Source: Mobula hypostoma (Eukaryota). Taken from it: 64,000 nt of DNA. The notes under the pieces were generated by a model. It saw only the letters and a program-made list of their open reading frames with translations, was not told the DNA's origin and did no database searches. The DNA is taken from NCBI RefSeq assembly GCF_963921235.1, contig NC_086109.1:4218001-4282000 (forward strand), written 5' to 3'. Below are positions 13,150 to 24,379 of this stretch, piece after piece; within the stretch, counting starts at the first letter, position 1, and the number at the start of each line of letters is the position of its first letter. The translations under genes were made by a program, and so were the position numbers.

Positions 13150-14395
13150 AAATGCTGGAGGAGAAGGCAGTGGACAATGGAAGAAAGGGAAAGAGGATGG
13201 GGCACCAGAGGGGAATGTTGCGGAGAAGAGAAGGGGTGAGAGGAGAACAGGAATGGGGAATGGAAAAGGGGAGAAGGAGGAGGGTGGAGAAATTACCATA
13301 AGTTAGAGAAGTTGGTGTTCGTGCCGTCAGGATGGAGGCTACCCAGATGGAATATGAGGTGTTGCTCCTCCTCTGTGAGTGTAGCCTCATCATGCCAGTA
13401 GAGGAGGCCATAGACCGACATGTTACATGGCACTATTGCAGCTTGGAGCATTGGAGCTTGGCGTATAGTTCCAGCTCATCAGTAAGGGGTTTGTATATTC
13501 TCCCCATGGCTTTCCTTTGGGTGCTCTGGCTTCTTCCCTTAGTCCAACGATACAACTGGTCATTGCAAGTTGTCTTGTGACTAGGCTAGGGTTAAATAGG
13601 TGGCGTGCTGGGCTCAGCTCATTGGGCCGTGGGGGGTGGGGGTGGGGGAGGCCTGTTCTGCTCCATATCTCTAAATAAATAAAATGACTTGGAGTGGGAA
13701 TGGGAAGTTGAATTGAAGTGGATGGTCACTGGGAAATCCCACCTGGTGGATCTGAATGTTTAATTCTTAGATTAGACTGTTTAATTGATATTTTCTTTGC
13801 AGTTTAACATTTAATTATCTGCTTGTATTTAGGTAATTCTTATATGCATATAATAGTTTAATATGCCCCTTACTGGTTATATTGGGTATACTGGTATAAT
13901 TCTGGAAGCTTCTCTCAGTAGGGCATTGATTGAATAACTGTTTTCTCATTGGTTAACACTTATCTGCAAATTTGAATGGACTTTTTCTTATCTATGGGTA
14001 TAAAAATAGCTGCTCTATGCTGGGCACCATCTTAGTTCCTTTGTCTTTTTCTTTGTTTGGCAGATCTTTATTACTGTTCATTTCACTTTTCCTTTGTTCT
14101 ATCAACGCTAAATAAAACGGTCATGGGGCAACAGGTTTTGCGCCTCTTTCTTGACTTCCGAAAGAATCTTGGATTAGAAACATCAGAATCCAACACCATT
14201 TACAGGAGATGTTGCAAAGCTGCTCGATGAAGCTGTTCCTTCATCTATGTCGGATCTCACCGATGTAGAGGAGGCCACACCTGGAGCACTGGATACGGTC
14301 AACGAACCTGACCAGACTCGCAGGTGAAGTGTCGGCTCACCTGGATGGACTGTTTGGGGTCCTGAGTGATGTTGAAGGAGGAGGTGTTTCACCTT
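13150..14395 (-). mobile_element. Fragmented Penelope-like element (GIY-YIG remnant at ~14215-14395), interrupted by a V-SINE-like piece and a solo LTR
   Basis: Homologous to 9120-9860: GATCTCACCGATGTAGAGGAGGCC encodes GLLYIGEI on the - strand. Confidence 0.65.
13744..14195 (+). mobile_element. Probable solo LTR
   Basis: TG...CA ends with imperfect terminal inverted repeats (TGGTGGATCTGAATGTTT / AAACATCAGAATCCAACA), TATAAAAA 13999-14006 and AATAAA 14111-14116. It interrupts a Penelope fragment. The TSD is weak (CCACC/CCATT). Confidence 0.5.
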
Positions 14396-14584
14396 GTGAA
14401 ATCATCCATTGTGTAGTCCACTCTGTCAAGTGTAGGAAGTTTCGTTAAAGGACCAAGGAGAAAATGTACACAGCATTGTCGATATGTTCATCTCCAGAGA
14501 CATCAGTAAAAAATTTGTGTGTTTCAATTTATGTAGTTATTCTGATTTTGGATCAACAGGGCTATTAATGCGTAAGAAAAGTAA

Positions 14585-14980
14585 GTTGAGTCATAGACAC
14601 TACAGCCCTTCTAGTGTGCTGAAGTGTTATTCTGCCCAGTCACATCGACCCATATAGGGACCATAGCCCTCCATATCCCTCCCATTCATGTACTTATCCA
14701 AACTTCTCTTAAATATTGAAATTGAACCCACATCCGCCATAACCTCTAGCAGCTCATTGCACACTCCTACCACCCTCTGAGTGAAGCTGTTTCCCACTCC
14801 TTCACCCAGGTTCCCCCTGAATATTTCATCTTTCACCCTTAACCTATGACCTCTAGTTCTAGTCTTGCCCAACCTCACTGGGAAAAGCCAGCTTGCATTT
14901 ACCCTCTCTATAACCTTCATGATTTTGTATGCCTCCATCAAATCTCCCCTCAATCTCCTTTGCCCCAGGGAATAAAGTCC
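14585..14980 (-). mobile_element. CR1 LINE 3' end
   Basis: RGDLMEAYKIMK..TRGHRLRV..FTQRVVGVCNEL..FKRSLDKYM. Confidence 0.85.
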
Positions 14981-14984
14981 GAAG

Positions 14985-16700
14985 CTAGACCAAGGTGGTT
15001 CGTGTTGCAGATAAACAGTTTCAAGAGAGGATGTGGGTGAGTGGTCACGTCACCCAGGAGAGCCTCTCCACAGATTCTGGACGCGAGGTGGGATTCTTTA
15101 TTCGTGAAACTGTTTGTTTGTGCTGAACGTTCTCTTTCCTCGTCATCCAGATACTAACGCATGAAAACTATTTTTGAAATGGGCAAGGAACCAAAATGTA
15201 TTCTGAAAAGTTGTTTGCGATTATCAGCGTTTCCTGCTGAAGTTGGAAGGTCAGCATATGAAGGGTTAATGGTGTATTGCGGTATTGTTTTGGAAACTGC
15301 TTAGGGTGGATATCTCGCAAGGGCAGAAAGAGCGATGCGCAGAGAAACTGTGCTGGCATTCTAGTAACCGGAGTCTGCTGCCAACTGGTAGGAGTTGATA
15401 AAACTGAAGTTCCACAGTTTGACACAAGGAGCAGCCAAGAGAAATTCTTGCTGCGTCACAGAGCTCAGCCGATAGGTCTGTACGAGTCAGCACCACTGCA
15501 TCAGGAGGGTATAGGCAGAGACACAAATAGACAGAAAAACCCAGCAAAGGGTAGTGTTTACGCCGGAGACTGGGGAGAAAGCAGCGGTGAGAGCGGATCT
15601 GTGTTTCCGAATGAGGAGCAAGACTGTCGGTGTCTGCAGTGATTATGTAAGGCAGCACACCAGTGAATCTCTCTCATTTGTGTCAGAGGCGAGGAAAAGT
15701 GGAGTAGGCTGAAAGAGTTAATGTGAATGGTTTCTGGAATATTCGAGGCGAGGCGATTCGGGCAGAGGAGCAGAGGCTGCGCGAAGGAAGGAGGGGTCGG
15801 GCAGCTACAGCCGAGCCCTGAGTCATCGAGCTGCGGACGACTGTGGCCCCAACGCAACAGCACACCCCGGTCCCATGCAGCCCATCGTATACAGCTTCCC
15901 ATGGAACCTCTCCCGGATCTGACTTTCTGGTATGATTTCTCTTTAATCAAAATTGTTTTATTTTTAAAGAGGGGATTGTTGAGATCTGCTGCTCCAGTAC
16001 CTGCTGGAAAACGAGAGCGTAGTGACCGTCACTGCTGCACTGCGCAACAGTGCGCCAGAGCGCATTGGCTAGTGCTGGTCCTGGCCCGCGTGGAGGTTTA
16101 TTACAGCCCGGGCAGCCCTGCTCTCTCAGTACACCACAAGAGTAAATGTCACCAAGCCTGGCGTTGGAAAGTTGTTTACCTTGTTCTCTCTGCGTCTCAG
16201 CCTTGGCACGAAGCCAGCTCACTTGTGATAGACTGTCTTACTGCACTGCGTCATCATGTACATAGCCAGCTCCTGCTTCCATTGGCTGTGGCTGGGCTCT
16301 CTGCACAAGCTCTCCTGTGACTGGCTGACAGGCTGGCTGTGTGCTCAGGTCCTGAACTGATTGGCTGAGCCAGTTATTATCTGCTGAGCTATTGGCTCAG
16401 GTGTTTCAGCTTTTCCGTCATTGGCTGGGTGGCCAAATTACCTGGTTAAATTAGCGTGGGCAGTCTGGACAGGAAGCATGTCTTATTCACGTGTCTCGTG
16501 TATTTACACTGCACTGTTCAGTAACACAGAGCTAGAAATCAAAGCTTTCTGAATGTGTCACATGATTTTCTCTTTTTTAAATCTCTGAACATTCTGACCG
16601 CAATCTTTAAATCTGTCACGGATTGAATGAGAGGAGATTTACATTCCCTGTTTCATACGTCTCCAGCTTCCTTAACCATTTCAGTAGATTTATCTAAAGA
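14985..16700. promoter_or_regulatory. Repeat-free CpG/CCAAT-rich island, candidate promoter or first-intron enhancer of the pri-miR-29 host transcript
   Basis: About 1.7 kb without recognisable transposon sequence, with a CpG-dense core at ~15740-16110. Five same-orientation ATTGGCT (CCAAT on - strand) at 16064, 16281, 16360, 16391 and 16420. Also AP-1 TGAGTCA 15819-15825, D-box TTATGTAA 15643-15650, FOX-type TGTTTAC at ~15555 and ~16173, and E-box CACGTG 16488-16493. Confidence 0.6.
15727..15929 (+). other. 3' part of a candidate first exon (true 5' end unknown), ending at donor CTG|GTATGA
   Basis: A GC-rich segment ends in a plausible GT donor at 15930, followed by an abrupt switch to T-rich intron-like sequence. 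Confidence 0.35.
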
Positions 16701-16774
16701 AAACACACTCTCTCATTTTTTTTTTAAGTTTACTTAATGTTAGAAATCCCTTAATATTCTAAGCTGAGTGTGTA

Positions 16775-17005
16775 GACACAAGAGATGCTGGAAATCCAGA
16801 GCAATACACACAATATGCTGGAGGAACTCAGCAGGTCAGGCAGCATCTATGGAACTAAATAAACAGTTGTCATTTTGGGCTGAGACCCTTCATCGGGACT
16901 CTTCATAAAACTTGATGATGGATCTTGACCTGAAACATCAAGTCATTATTCATCTCAACAGATGCTGCCTGACCTGCTGAGTTCCTCCAGCATTTTGCGT
17001 GTGTT
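16775..17005. mobile_element. Fold-back pair of Penelope-like termini
   Basis: ATGCTGGAGGAACTCAGCAGGTCAGGCAGCATCT and its reverse complement flank two degenerate hammerhead motifs. Confidence 0.75.
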
Positions 17006-18039
17006 TACAAATATAATGTGACTAGATAGAATTGACTTGGAACCTGGTTATGCCTCATTTGTGGATAGCTCAGTATTTATTTTCAGTTCAGCATTTTTAT
17101 TCTCTGCAGCACACATAAAACGCTGGAGGAACTCAGCAGGTCAGGCAGCATCTGTGGAAATGAGTCAACAGTCGACGTTTCGGGCCGAGACGCTTCTCAG
17201 CACTGATGGTGTCTGAGATTGGGAGTATATAAGCTGCCTTTCCCTGCCGTACGACACCCAAAACAAGTGAAGCTGCCGGCTCGCATCATGGCAGAGATTT
17301 AGGGTGTGTTTCTATTTGGACATCTATGTGAGTTTAAATATTATGAGGGTGCAGCCAACAGAAAATACTGAGCATGCAGTAAATGCGTTGGGACGGTGCT
17401 GCAGTTTTGACATCACAATGCACCAGTGCCCAGTGCGTACCTGCATTCTGTGCTGTGCGGAACCAGAGACACTCGCCGCTGCCCGGCTGTAACCCTGTCC
17501 ACTCTTACAGATGGGCCTGGTGCAGAGCAGGAGATGGGCGGAAGAGTTTACAGGGTCTGGCGTCTCTATCACTCCCACCTTCCTCCCTCCTCACACACTG
17601 ATCTTGCTAGTTTACCACCTGACGAGGAAGCCCTCATTTCTTGCCAGTCCATGGAACTGGAAGATAATCAGTGCCCAAGTACAGAACCAGCAAGTGGGGA
17701 GGGGTGGTGGTGTCCGTGTGACATTATTAGACTATTGTAGGGAGGTCAGACGCCAAACCACCCTCCACCTTTCCTCTCCTCCACGCACTCCCAGGTTCAG
17801 CCAGGAGTGCTCTCCACAACCTTCCTTTGGTGGCAGCTATACCAGACTCCCGCAGGGTGGGCAGGGCTATTGGAGGGGTCAGTGTGTCGGGCGCAAGGTG
17901 GGGAGTAGTGATGGTGTGGGGGGATCTCTGTGTCTTGGTGCAAAAGGAATGGTATGCATGGGTCAGTGGGTTGGTGCTCCCTACACCAACACGTGTCCCA
18001 TGCCCATATCCCTCAACTGACATGTTCACTGATCCCATG

Positions 18040-18420
18040 TCCCTGCACCAACATGACTCACACCCCTCGGACAGCGACTACACGTTCCTGCACCAACATG
18101 TCTCCCGCCCTTCGGTCAGCGATCACACATTCCTGCACCAACATGTCTCCTGCCCCTCGGTCAGCGACCACATGTTCCTGCACCAACATGTCTCCTGCCC
18201 CTCGGACAGCGACTACACGTTCCTGCACCAACATGTCTCCCGCCCCTCGGTCAGCGACTACACGTTCCTGCACCAACATGTCTCCTGCCCCTCGGTCAGC
18301 GACTACACGTTCCTGCACCAACATGTCTCCTGCCCCTCGGACAGCGACTACACGTTCCTGCACCAATATGGCTCCCGCCCCTCGGTCAGCGACCACACGT
18401 CCCTGCACCAACATGGCCCC
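18040..18420. repeat. 45-bp minisatellite, ~8 copies
   Basis: Unit TCCTGCACCAACATGTCTCCTGCCCCTCGGTCAGCGACTACACGT. Confidence 0.95.
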
Positions 18421-18534
18421 GTGGTGTTCTCCCTCAGTTTTCCCCTGTCCTGGTGAGACTGTCCCTGAGTACTCAATCTGATACAGGCTAGTGTCCCTGC
18501 CTCCCACAACCTGCCCCGTACACCAGCGAGTATC

Positions 18535-18845
18535 GATGACCATCCGATGACTAACTGATGATCACCCAGTAACTAAATAGTGACAACTGATGATCAACTG
18601 GTGACAACCAGTAACAAATCGATGACCAACTAGTAGCCAACGGATGACTAACTGGTGACCAAACAGTGACCAACGGATTATTAACTGGAGACCAACCACT
18701 AGCAAGTCAGTGACAACCTAGTAAACAGATGACTAACTGGTGACCAACTAGTTATCTGGTGACCAACCAATAACCAACTAGTGAATGACCAACTGAGAAC
18801 AAATACTAACCAACCAATGACCAACAGATTACCAACCGATACCAA
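18535..18845. repeat. Degenerate ~11-12 bp tandem repeat (GGTGACCAACT-like)
   Basis: Recurrent TGACCAAC/TGACTAAC motifs. Confidence 0.75.
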
Positions 18846-20130
18846 TCCTCCCCACAGGGTATCTATCACCCAGGGTTGACTTCCTGCCTCGGGCCAATAA
18901 TCAAGGAGAGCTGTGGCCCCTCAGTGGGGAGAGGGAGGCCACCCTGCCTTTATCTCCCGTGTGGCCCACTGTGTGTCCACCTTTTGCTGGTGCTGATCCC
19001 ATCCTCCCTCAGCCCACCACTGGCTCAGTCCCACCGTGGCATTAGGGGGGCTTTGAGTGTGACCGCTTGGTGGCTGTCTTCCCCAGTGCTCACCACAGGC
19101 TGTCTGAGGCTTGCTTGCTAGATAGCTGGGGTGCAGTGGAGTGATGCATCAATAATTACTGTACTGCTTCCATAGCAACCCATGTGTTAACTCGCACGCA
19201 ACCACTCCTCCTGAATTATAGAGCAGAAGTGGCTGCGGGGAAAGTAACCGGCATGTGGCCAAGAGCAGAAATCCATTGGGTGTTGCTGCCTCTGCCGGGG
19301 GTCTGGTCACACCCCCACCCCAGAGACGGCAGAGATTTAGGCAGCTGCTGACAGACAGAAATGTCTCCATTGTTGCATTTGGGAAATTCCATCATCCATC
19401 TTCCCCAAAACAACTGATGGAATTCTGCACTGCCATCACAGAGAGAATCCTTACATCAGCCATTACTGTCTGGTTTGGAGCAGCGTCCTTTCACTATAGT
19501 GAGCCATCAGGTCCGTAGAAAAGGTCAGTGGCAGGACTACTATGTGTCCAGGTCAAATCTCACTTGTCAGGAAAACTCGATGTCGACTCTACCACCCGGC
19601 AAACTGCCTTTTCCAAAACCTCCCTTCCGCAAAGCACTATCATGCTATTAAAACTAAAAACTTCACGCCATCTTAAAGTCTCTTCCTCCAGGCAGTTATT
19701 CTGATCAACCATTTTAATTAGCCCTCCTCCACCCCCTCAGTAACTGCAGTGTAAACACCTTAAGCCACTTTTTATAATGTTGTTTCCATTGTAAATACAT
19801 GTTGGCATTTATGCCCATATTATTCCACATCGCACTTTAACATCTAACTTTATTCTATATGATTCTTTATAATCGTTGAATGTGGTTGTTCTTTGTTGCA
19901 TGTTGCACCCTAACCAACACACCACGGCAAATTTCTAATATTTATTTAGTTATTGTGATACAGCCTGCTGGCTTTTCTAACCACGCCGCTCAGCAATCCT
20001 TGATTTAACCCTAGCCTAATCACAGGACAATTTACAATGACCAATTAACCTAATTACAGGTATGTCTTTGGACTGTGGGAGGAAACTGGAGCACCTGGAG
20101 GAAACCCTCACAGTCATGGGGAGAACCTAC

Positions 20131-20651
20131 CATCACTGGCAGCCCATTCCACTCACTCACCGCTCTCTGCATAAAAAAAACTTACAACTGCCATCTCCTC
20201 TGTACCTACTTCCAAGCACCTTAAAACTGTGCCCTCTCGTGCTAGCCATTCCAGCCCTGGGAAACAGCCTCTGACTATCCACACGATCAATGCCTCTCAT
20301 CATTTTATACACCTCTATCAGGTCACCTCTCATACTCCGTCGCTCCAAGGAAAAAAGGCCGAGTTCACCCCAGAACTGAGCACGGTACTCCAAGTGTGGT
20401 CTCACCAGGGTCCTATATAGCTGCAACGTTACCTCTCGGCTCCTAAACTCAATCCCACGATTGATGAAGACCATTGTGGTGGAGGCGGATACGATAAGGT
20501 CTTTTAAGAGACTCCAAGACCGGTACATGGAGCTCAGAAAAATAGAGGGCTATGGGTAACCGTAGGTAATTTCTAAGGTAAGGACATGTTCGGCACAGCT
20601 TTGTGGGCAGAAGGGCCTGTATTGTGCTGTAGGTTTTCTATGTTTCTATGT
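20131..20651. mobile_element. CR1 3' end with 5' inversion, inserted in a V-SINE-like element
   Basis: 20131-~20474 reads CR1 on the - strand and 20476-20651 reads on the + strand, and the two parts are colinear when re-inverted. TSD AACCTAC/AACTTAC (20124-20130, 20652-20658) and a (TTTCTATG)n tail. Confidence 0.8.
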
Positions 20652-21414
20652 AACTTACAAGCTCCTTACAGAGAGCAGTGAGATTTGAATCCAGGCTGAC
20701 TGTTCTGTATTGCGTTGTGCTCACCACTACACTACCGTGCTGCCTTATCATACTAAGGAATCATTCAGTAGTCTTATAACAGTGGAGTAGAGGCTGTCCC
20801 TGAACCTGGTGGTACGTGCTCTGATCAATATCTGTCTTCGCAAATGAAGATTCATCCTGTCCCTCCAATACCACTGATGTTAGACTCACTGATTTATACT
20901 TCCCTTGACTCATCAGGTCCAAGGGATTTATACACCTTGTGCTAAGCAGACGCTACTGTGCCGTCCCATATATGTAAATATGTACGGTGGACAAAGTTGA
21001 TCCTTAAAGTCTCAGTGAACCGAGGCCCTGTCTACTCAGACCATGGCACCAAATGTCCTGGCCTTCCTCCCTCTGCCCTCAGGCCTCCTTTAAACCAGGA
21101 GAAGAGGTGACCCCAACAAGGCCCGGTGGCTGTTGGACACGGAGTAAAGACTGAAAGTGGAGCTGGACAGGTTTCTGGACATTGACGATTGCCCAAGACT
21201 GCGGCCAAGGTGCTCCATCGGATTCTTGATTGCTCTTCACTCTCAAATTAGGCGGCTAGAATCAGAATCAGGGTTTATTTTCACTGTCATTTTCGACATG
21301 AAAATGACTGCTTCCCAGCAACGCCTCTACTGCTTCAAAAGGCTAAAGGAACTTTGCATGTCCCCGTGGAACCTCACCAATTTTTATCGATCCAACATAT
21401 AAAGCCTTCTGTCT

Positions 21415-21640
21415 GGATGGTATCGTAGTGGTACCCATAACTCTTTACAGTGCCAGCGACCGGGGTTCAATTCACACCCCTGTCTGTATGTTCTTCCCGT
21501 GACCATGTGGGTTTCCTCCTGGTGCTCTGGTTTCCTCCCACATTCCTAAGGCATAACACTTGGTAGGTTAATTGATCACGTGGGTACATTTGGGTGACAT
21601 GGTCTCATTGGACCAGAAGGGCCTCTTACTGCGCAGTATC
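21415..21640 (+). mobile_element. tRNA-derived V-SINE/HE1-like SINE (related pieces ~13425-13660, ~19945-20130, ~30200-30510, ~35755-35998, ~54055-54330, ~56120-56350)
   Basis: B-box GGTTCAATTC and V-domain-like GGGTTTCCTCC.GGTGCTCTGGTTTCCTCCCACA. Confidence 0.7.
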
Positions 21641-21647
21641 TCGAAGT

Positions 21648-21718
21648 CAGGGGTTCCCACCCTGGGGTCCGCAGTTAATGGTAGAGGTCCATGGTGTAGA
21701 AAAATTTGTGAACCCCTG
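21648..21718. mobile_element. ~70-80 bp hAT (Charlie-like) MITE; other copies ~29858-29936 and ~46537-46616
   Basis: TIRs CAGGGGTTC...GAACCCCTG and an 8-bp TSD CTCGAAGT/CTCTAAGT. Confidence 0.7.
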
Positions 21719-21957
21719 CTCTAAGTAAGTAAGTAAATAAATAAAATGGCTTGGCACAGCGACGGCTCTGCTTGTGACTGCAGGAAACTGCCGAGAGTTA
21801 TGGACACTGCACAACAGATCACGGAAACCAGCCTCCCCTCCATGGACTCTGTCTGCACTCTCTAAACACAAAATAATCTGCAGATGCTGGGATCAAAGCA
21901 ACAGTCACAGCACGCTGGAGGAACTCAGCAGGTCGGGCAGCATCCGTGGAAACGATG

Positions 21958-21993
21958 AGTCGACGTTTCGTGCCCGAACCCTTCATCAGGACT
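21958..21993 (-). ncRNA. Minimal type I hammerhead ribozyme motif in a Penelope-like terminus
   Basis: The - strand reads AGTC CTGATGA A GGGTTCGGGCAC GAAA C GTC GACT: intact CUGAUGA and GAAA cores, GUC cleavage triplet and stem I AGUC/GACU. Stem II has one mismatch. Confidence 0.65.
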
Positions 21994-22849
21994 GAAGAAA
22001 GAAGGAGGGGGAAGGATTTGAAGAAACCTACCTACAAGCATTCATTGCTGCCCAACCTGCTGAGTTCTTCCAGTGTGCTGTGAGTCTGCACTCTCACTGC
22101 CTCAGTAAAGCAGCCAGTGTAACCAAAGACCCCACCCATCCCAGACGTTCTCTCTCCTCACTCTCCCATCGAGCAGCAGATAAAAAAAGCCTGAAGCATG
22201 TACCAGCTGGCTCAAGGTCAGCCCTTTCCCCATTGCTTTGAGACCATTGAATCGTTGCCTAGCACAATAAGTCAGACTATTGACCTCACAATCTACTTCA
22301 TTGTGATCTTACATCTTATTGTCTACCTATGCTGCACATCCTCTGTCGTTGTTACACTTCATTCTGCATTCTGTTATTGTTTCACCTTATTCTTCCTCAA
22401 TACGTGGCGAGGTGGAGATACGTCTCTACCAAAGGAGCTGTAAGGTGCTCCTTCCCTCCACTAGCCTGCAGGTCACCCTTGGGCAAGGTGTAGGACCTGC
22501 TTAGCCCCCAATCAGGGTCATGTGAAGCCACAGGATCAGGTGGTGGATGGTCATATGAGCAGCTGGTAAGTCCTGGTTATGTGACCACTGACGCCAGGCA
22601 GACAATCTCTGAAGAATATTGATAATGGCTGGGCTCACCCATCTTGTAAAGACACTGCCCAGAAGGCAGCAATGGCAAACCACTTCTGTAGGAAAGTTTG
22701 CCAAAAACAATCATGTTCATGAGACCATGATTGCCCATGTCATATGACACGCACGCAACGATGAAGATGACCTCAATGAACCAAGTAACAATCTGATCTG
22801 TATGAACAGTATGCAAGTCAAGCTTTTGACTGTATATTTGGTTAATAAG

Positions 22850-23175
22850 CCTGTAAGACACACGAGCAGAATTAGGCCATTCGGCCCATTGACTCTGCTC
22901 CATCACTCCATCATGGCTGATCGATTTTCACTCTCAGCCCCAGTCTCCTGCCTTCTCCCCCTGTCCCTTCATACCCTGACCAGTCAAGAATCTATCAACC
23001 TCTGCCTTAAATATACTCAATAACTTGGCTTCCACGGCCGCCTGTGGCAACGAGTTCCACAGATTCACCACTCTCTGGCTGAAGAAGTTCCTCCACACCT
23101 CCATTCTAAATGGAAGTCCCTCTATTCTGAGGCTGTACCCTCTGATCTTAGACTCCCCACCACAGGAAACATCCT
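22850..23175 (-). mobile_element. CR1 LINE 3' end
   Basis: RGYSLRIEG..RNFFSQRVVNLWNSLPQAAVEA..FKAEVDRFL. Confidence 0.85.
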
Positions 23176-23371
23176 TTTCACAATGTGACAATAGTAAACC
23201 AGAAAGCAAGGCATGAAAATAACACATTTTACCTCTTAAAACAGTGATAATAAGTCTGATGCTGATTCCAGCATCTGCGGAATCTCTTGTGCTTACGAGT
23301 CCGATTCTAGTTGCCTCGACTGATAAAGGAATAAGGATGTAAAATCTTCGCCACTCTGTTTCTGTCAATAG

Positions 23372-23458
23372 CACAGCATGACAGCCGGAAGATTTTGATA
23401 ATGTGCTTAAGGATTCCGAAGAAACCACTGAGCAAAGGGGTCAGCTGGAAGACGACAC
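23372..23458 (+). other. Candidate 87-nt internal exon of the host lncRNA
   Basis: Pyrimidine tract CTCTGTTTCTGTCAATAG| acceptor, purine/GAA-rich body and donor CAC|GTAAGC. It lies in a repeat-free island (~23180-23930). Alternative AGs end at 23376 and 23384. Confidence 0.45.
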
Positions 23459-24379
23459 GTAAGCAGTGAGTGAGATGTAGAGTTCACTGCCCACCACTTC
23501 CCTGACACAAATTACCAATTCATCTTGTACAGATCTGAGAAGCTAAATGGGTCTCTGGTCACAGAATAGTCAAAAGCTAGTTTGTGGAAGTTCACTTGCA
23601 GCAGCCAGTTAATATCGTGGCAGTTTCAGTTAAGATCACACAACAACAGATTAGAAGTTGGCAGTGGCTGAGCTAAATGCGCTTTCATTTATTTAATTTG
23701 GACCGATGAATTTAGTCTGTATTGTTATCAGCTGATACAAGATGCATACCTTTTGTATTACTCATTTGTTCCCTTTCGAAGCTGCCACAGTATCTTCAGG
23801 GTCACAGTTTCAAGGGTGCCTTGATCTTGGCTGACTGAAATCCCAGGCAACATCTGGGCCAAAGTCACTGCCCTTATCTTAAGTTTTGTTTTTAAAGCCA
23901 AATTCTAAATATTTTTCGTCTTTCTCGACACCAAATGGATGATAGAAAGATGGAGAGCTATGTGGGAGGAAAGGGTTAGCTTGATCGTAGGGTAGGTTAA
24001 GATGTCAGCACAGCATTGCGGAGCTAAGGAACTGTACTGTGCTGTACTCTTCCATGTTCTTAAAAACATATTGTGTTTTTGAAAGAAATAAGAGACAATG
24101 AAATGCTTTCATGAAAAGTTACTGCATCCTTAAACTGTATTATCAGCAAATTAAACAAACTTGTGGCTATTTTTCCTTATTTATACTCGATACACTCCAT
24201 CATCTCTCTGCTTTACAACAGTGTGCTACATTTGTCACCCACTTCACAAGCTTATACGGCTGTATCAGTGCTGAAGAAATATAAATCTTCGTCTTTAAAT
24301 TGCAGAATGGAACTTTTCCAAGTTCAAAGTAAATTTATTATCAAAGTACCTATATGTCACCGTATACAAAATTTCTACA

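Noticed and set aside
15727..16320. 197-aa unspliced ORF
   Set aside because: No recognisable domain, and it runs through a donor-like site and a T-rich stretch. It is better explained as GC-rich promoter/exon sequence; only the spliced short version is kept as speculation.
23372..23458. In-frame TGA in ACA GCA TGA CAG CCG GAA GAT... as selenocysteine or readthrough
   Set aside because: No SECIS, selenoprotein similarity or known readthrough context is visible.
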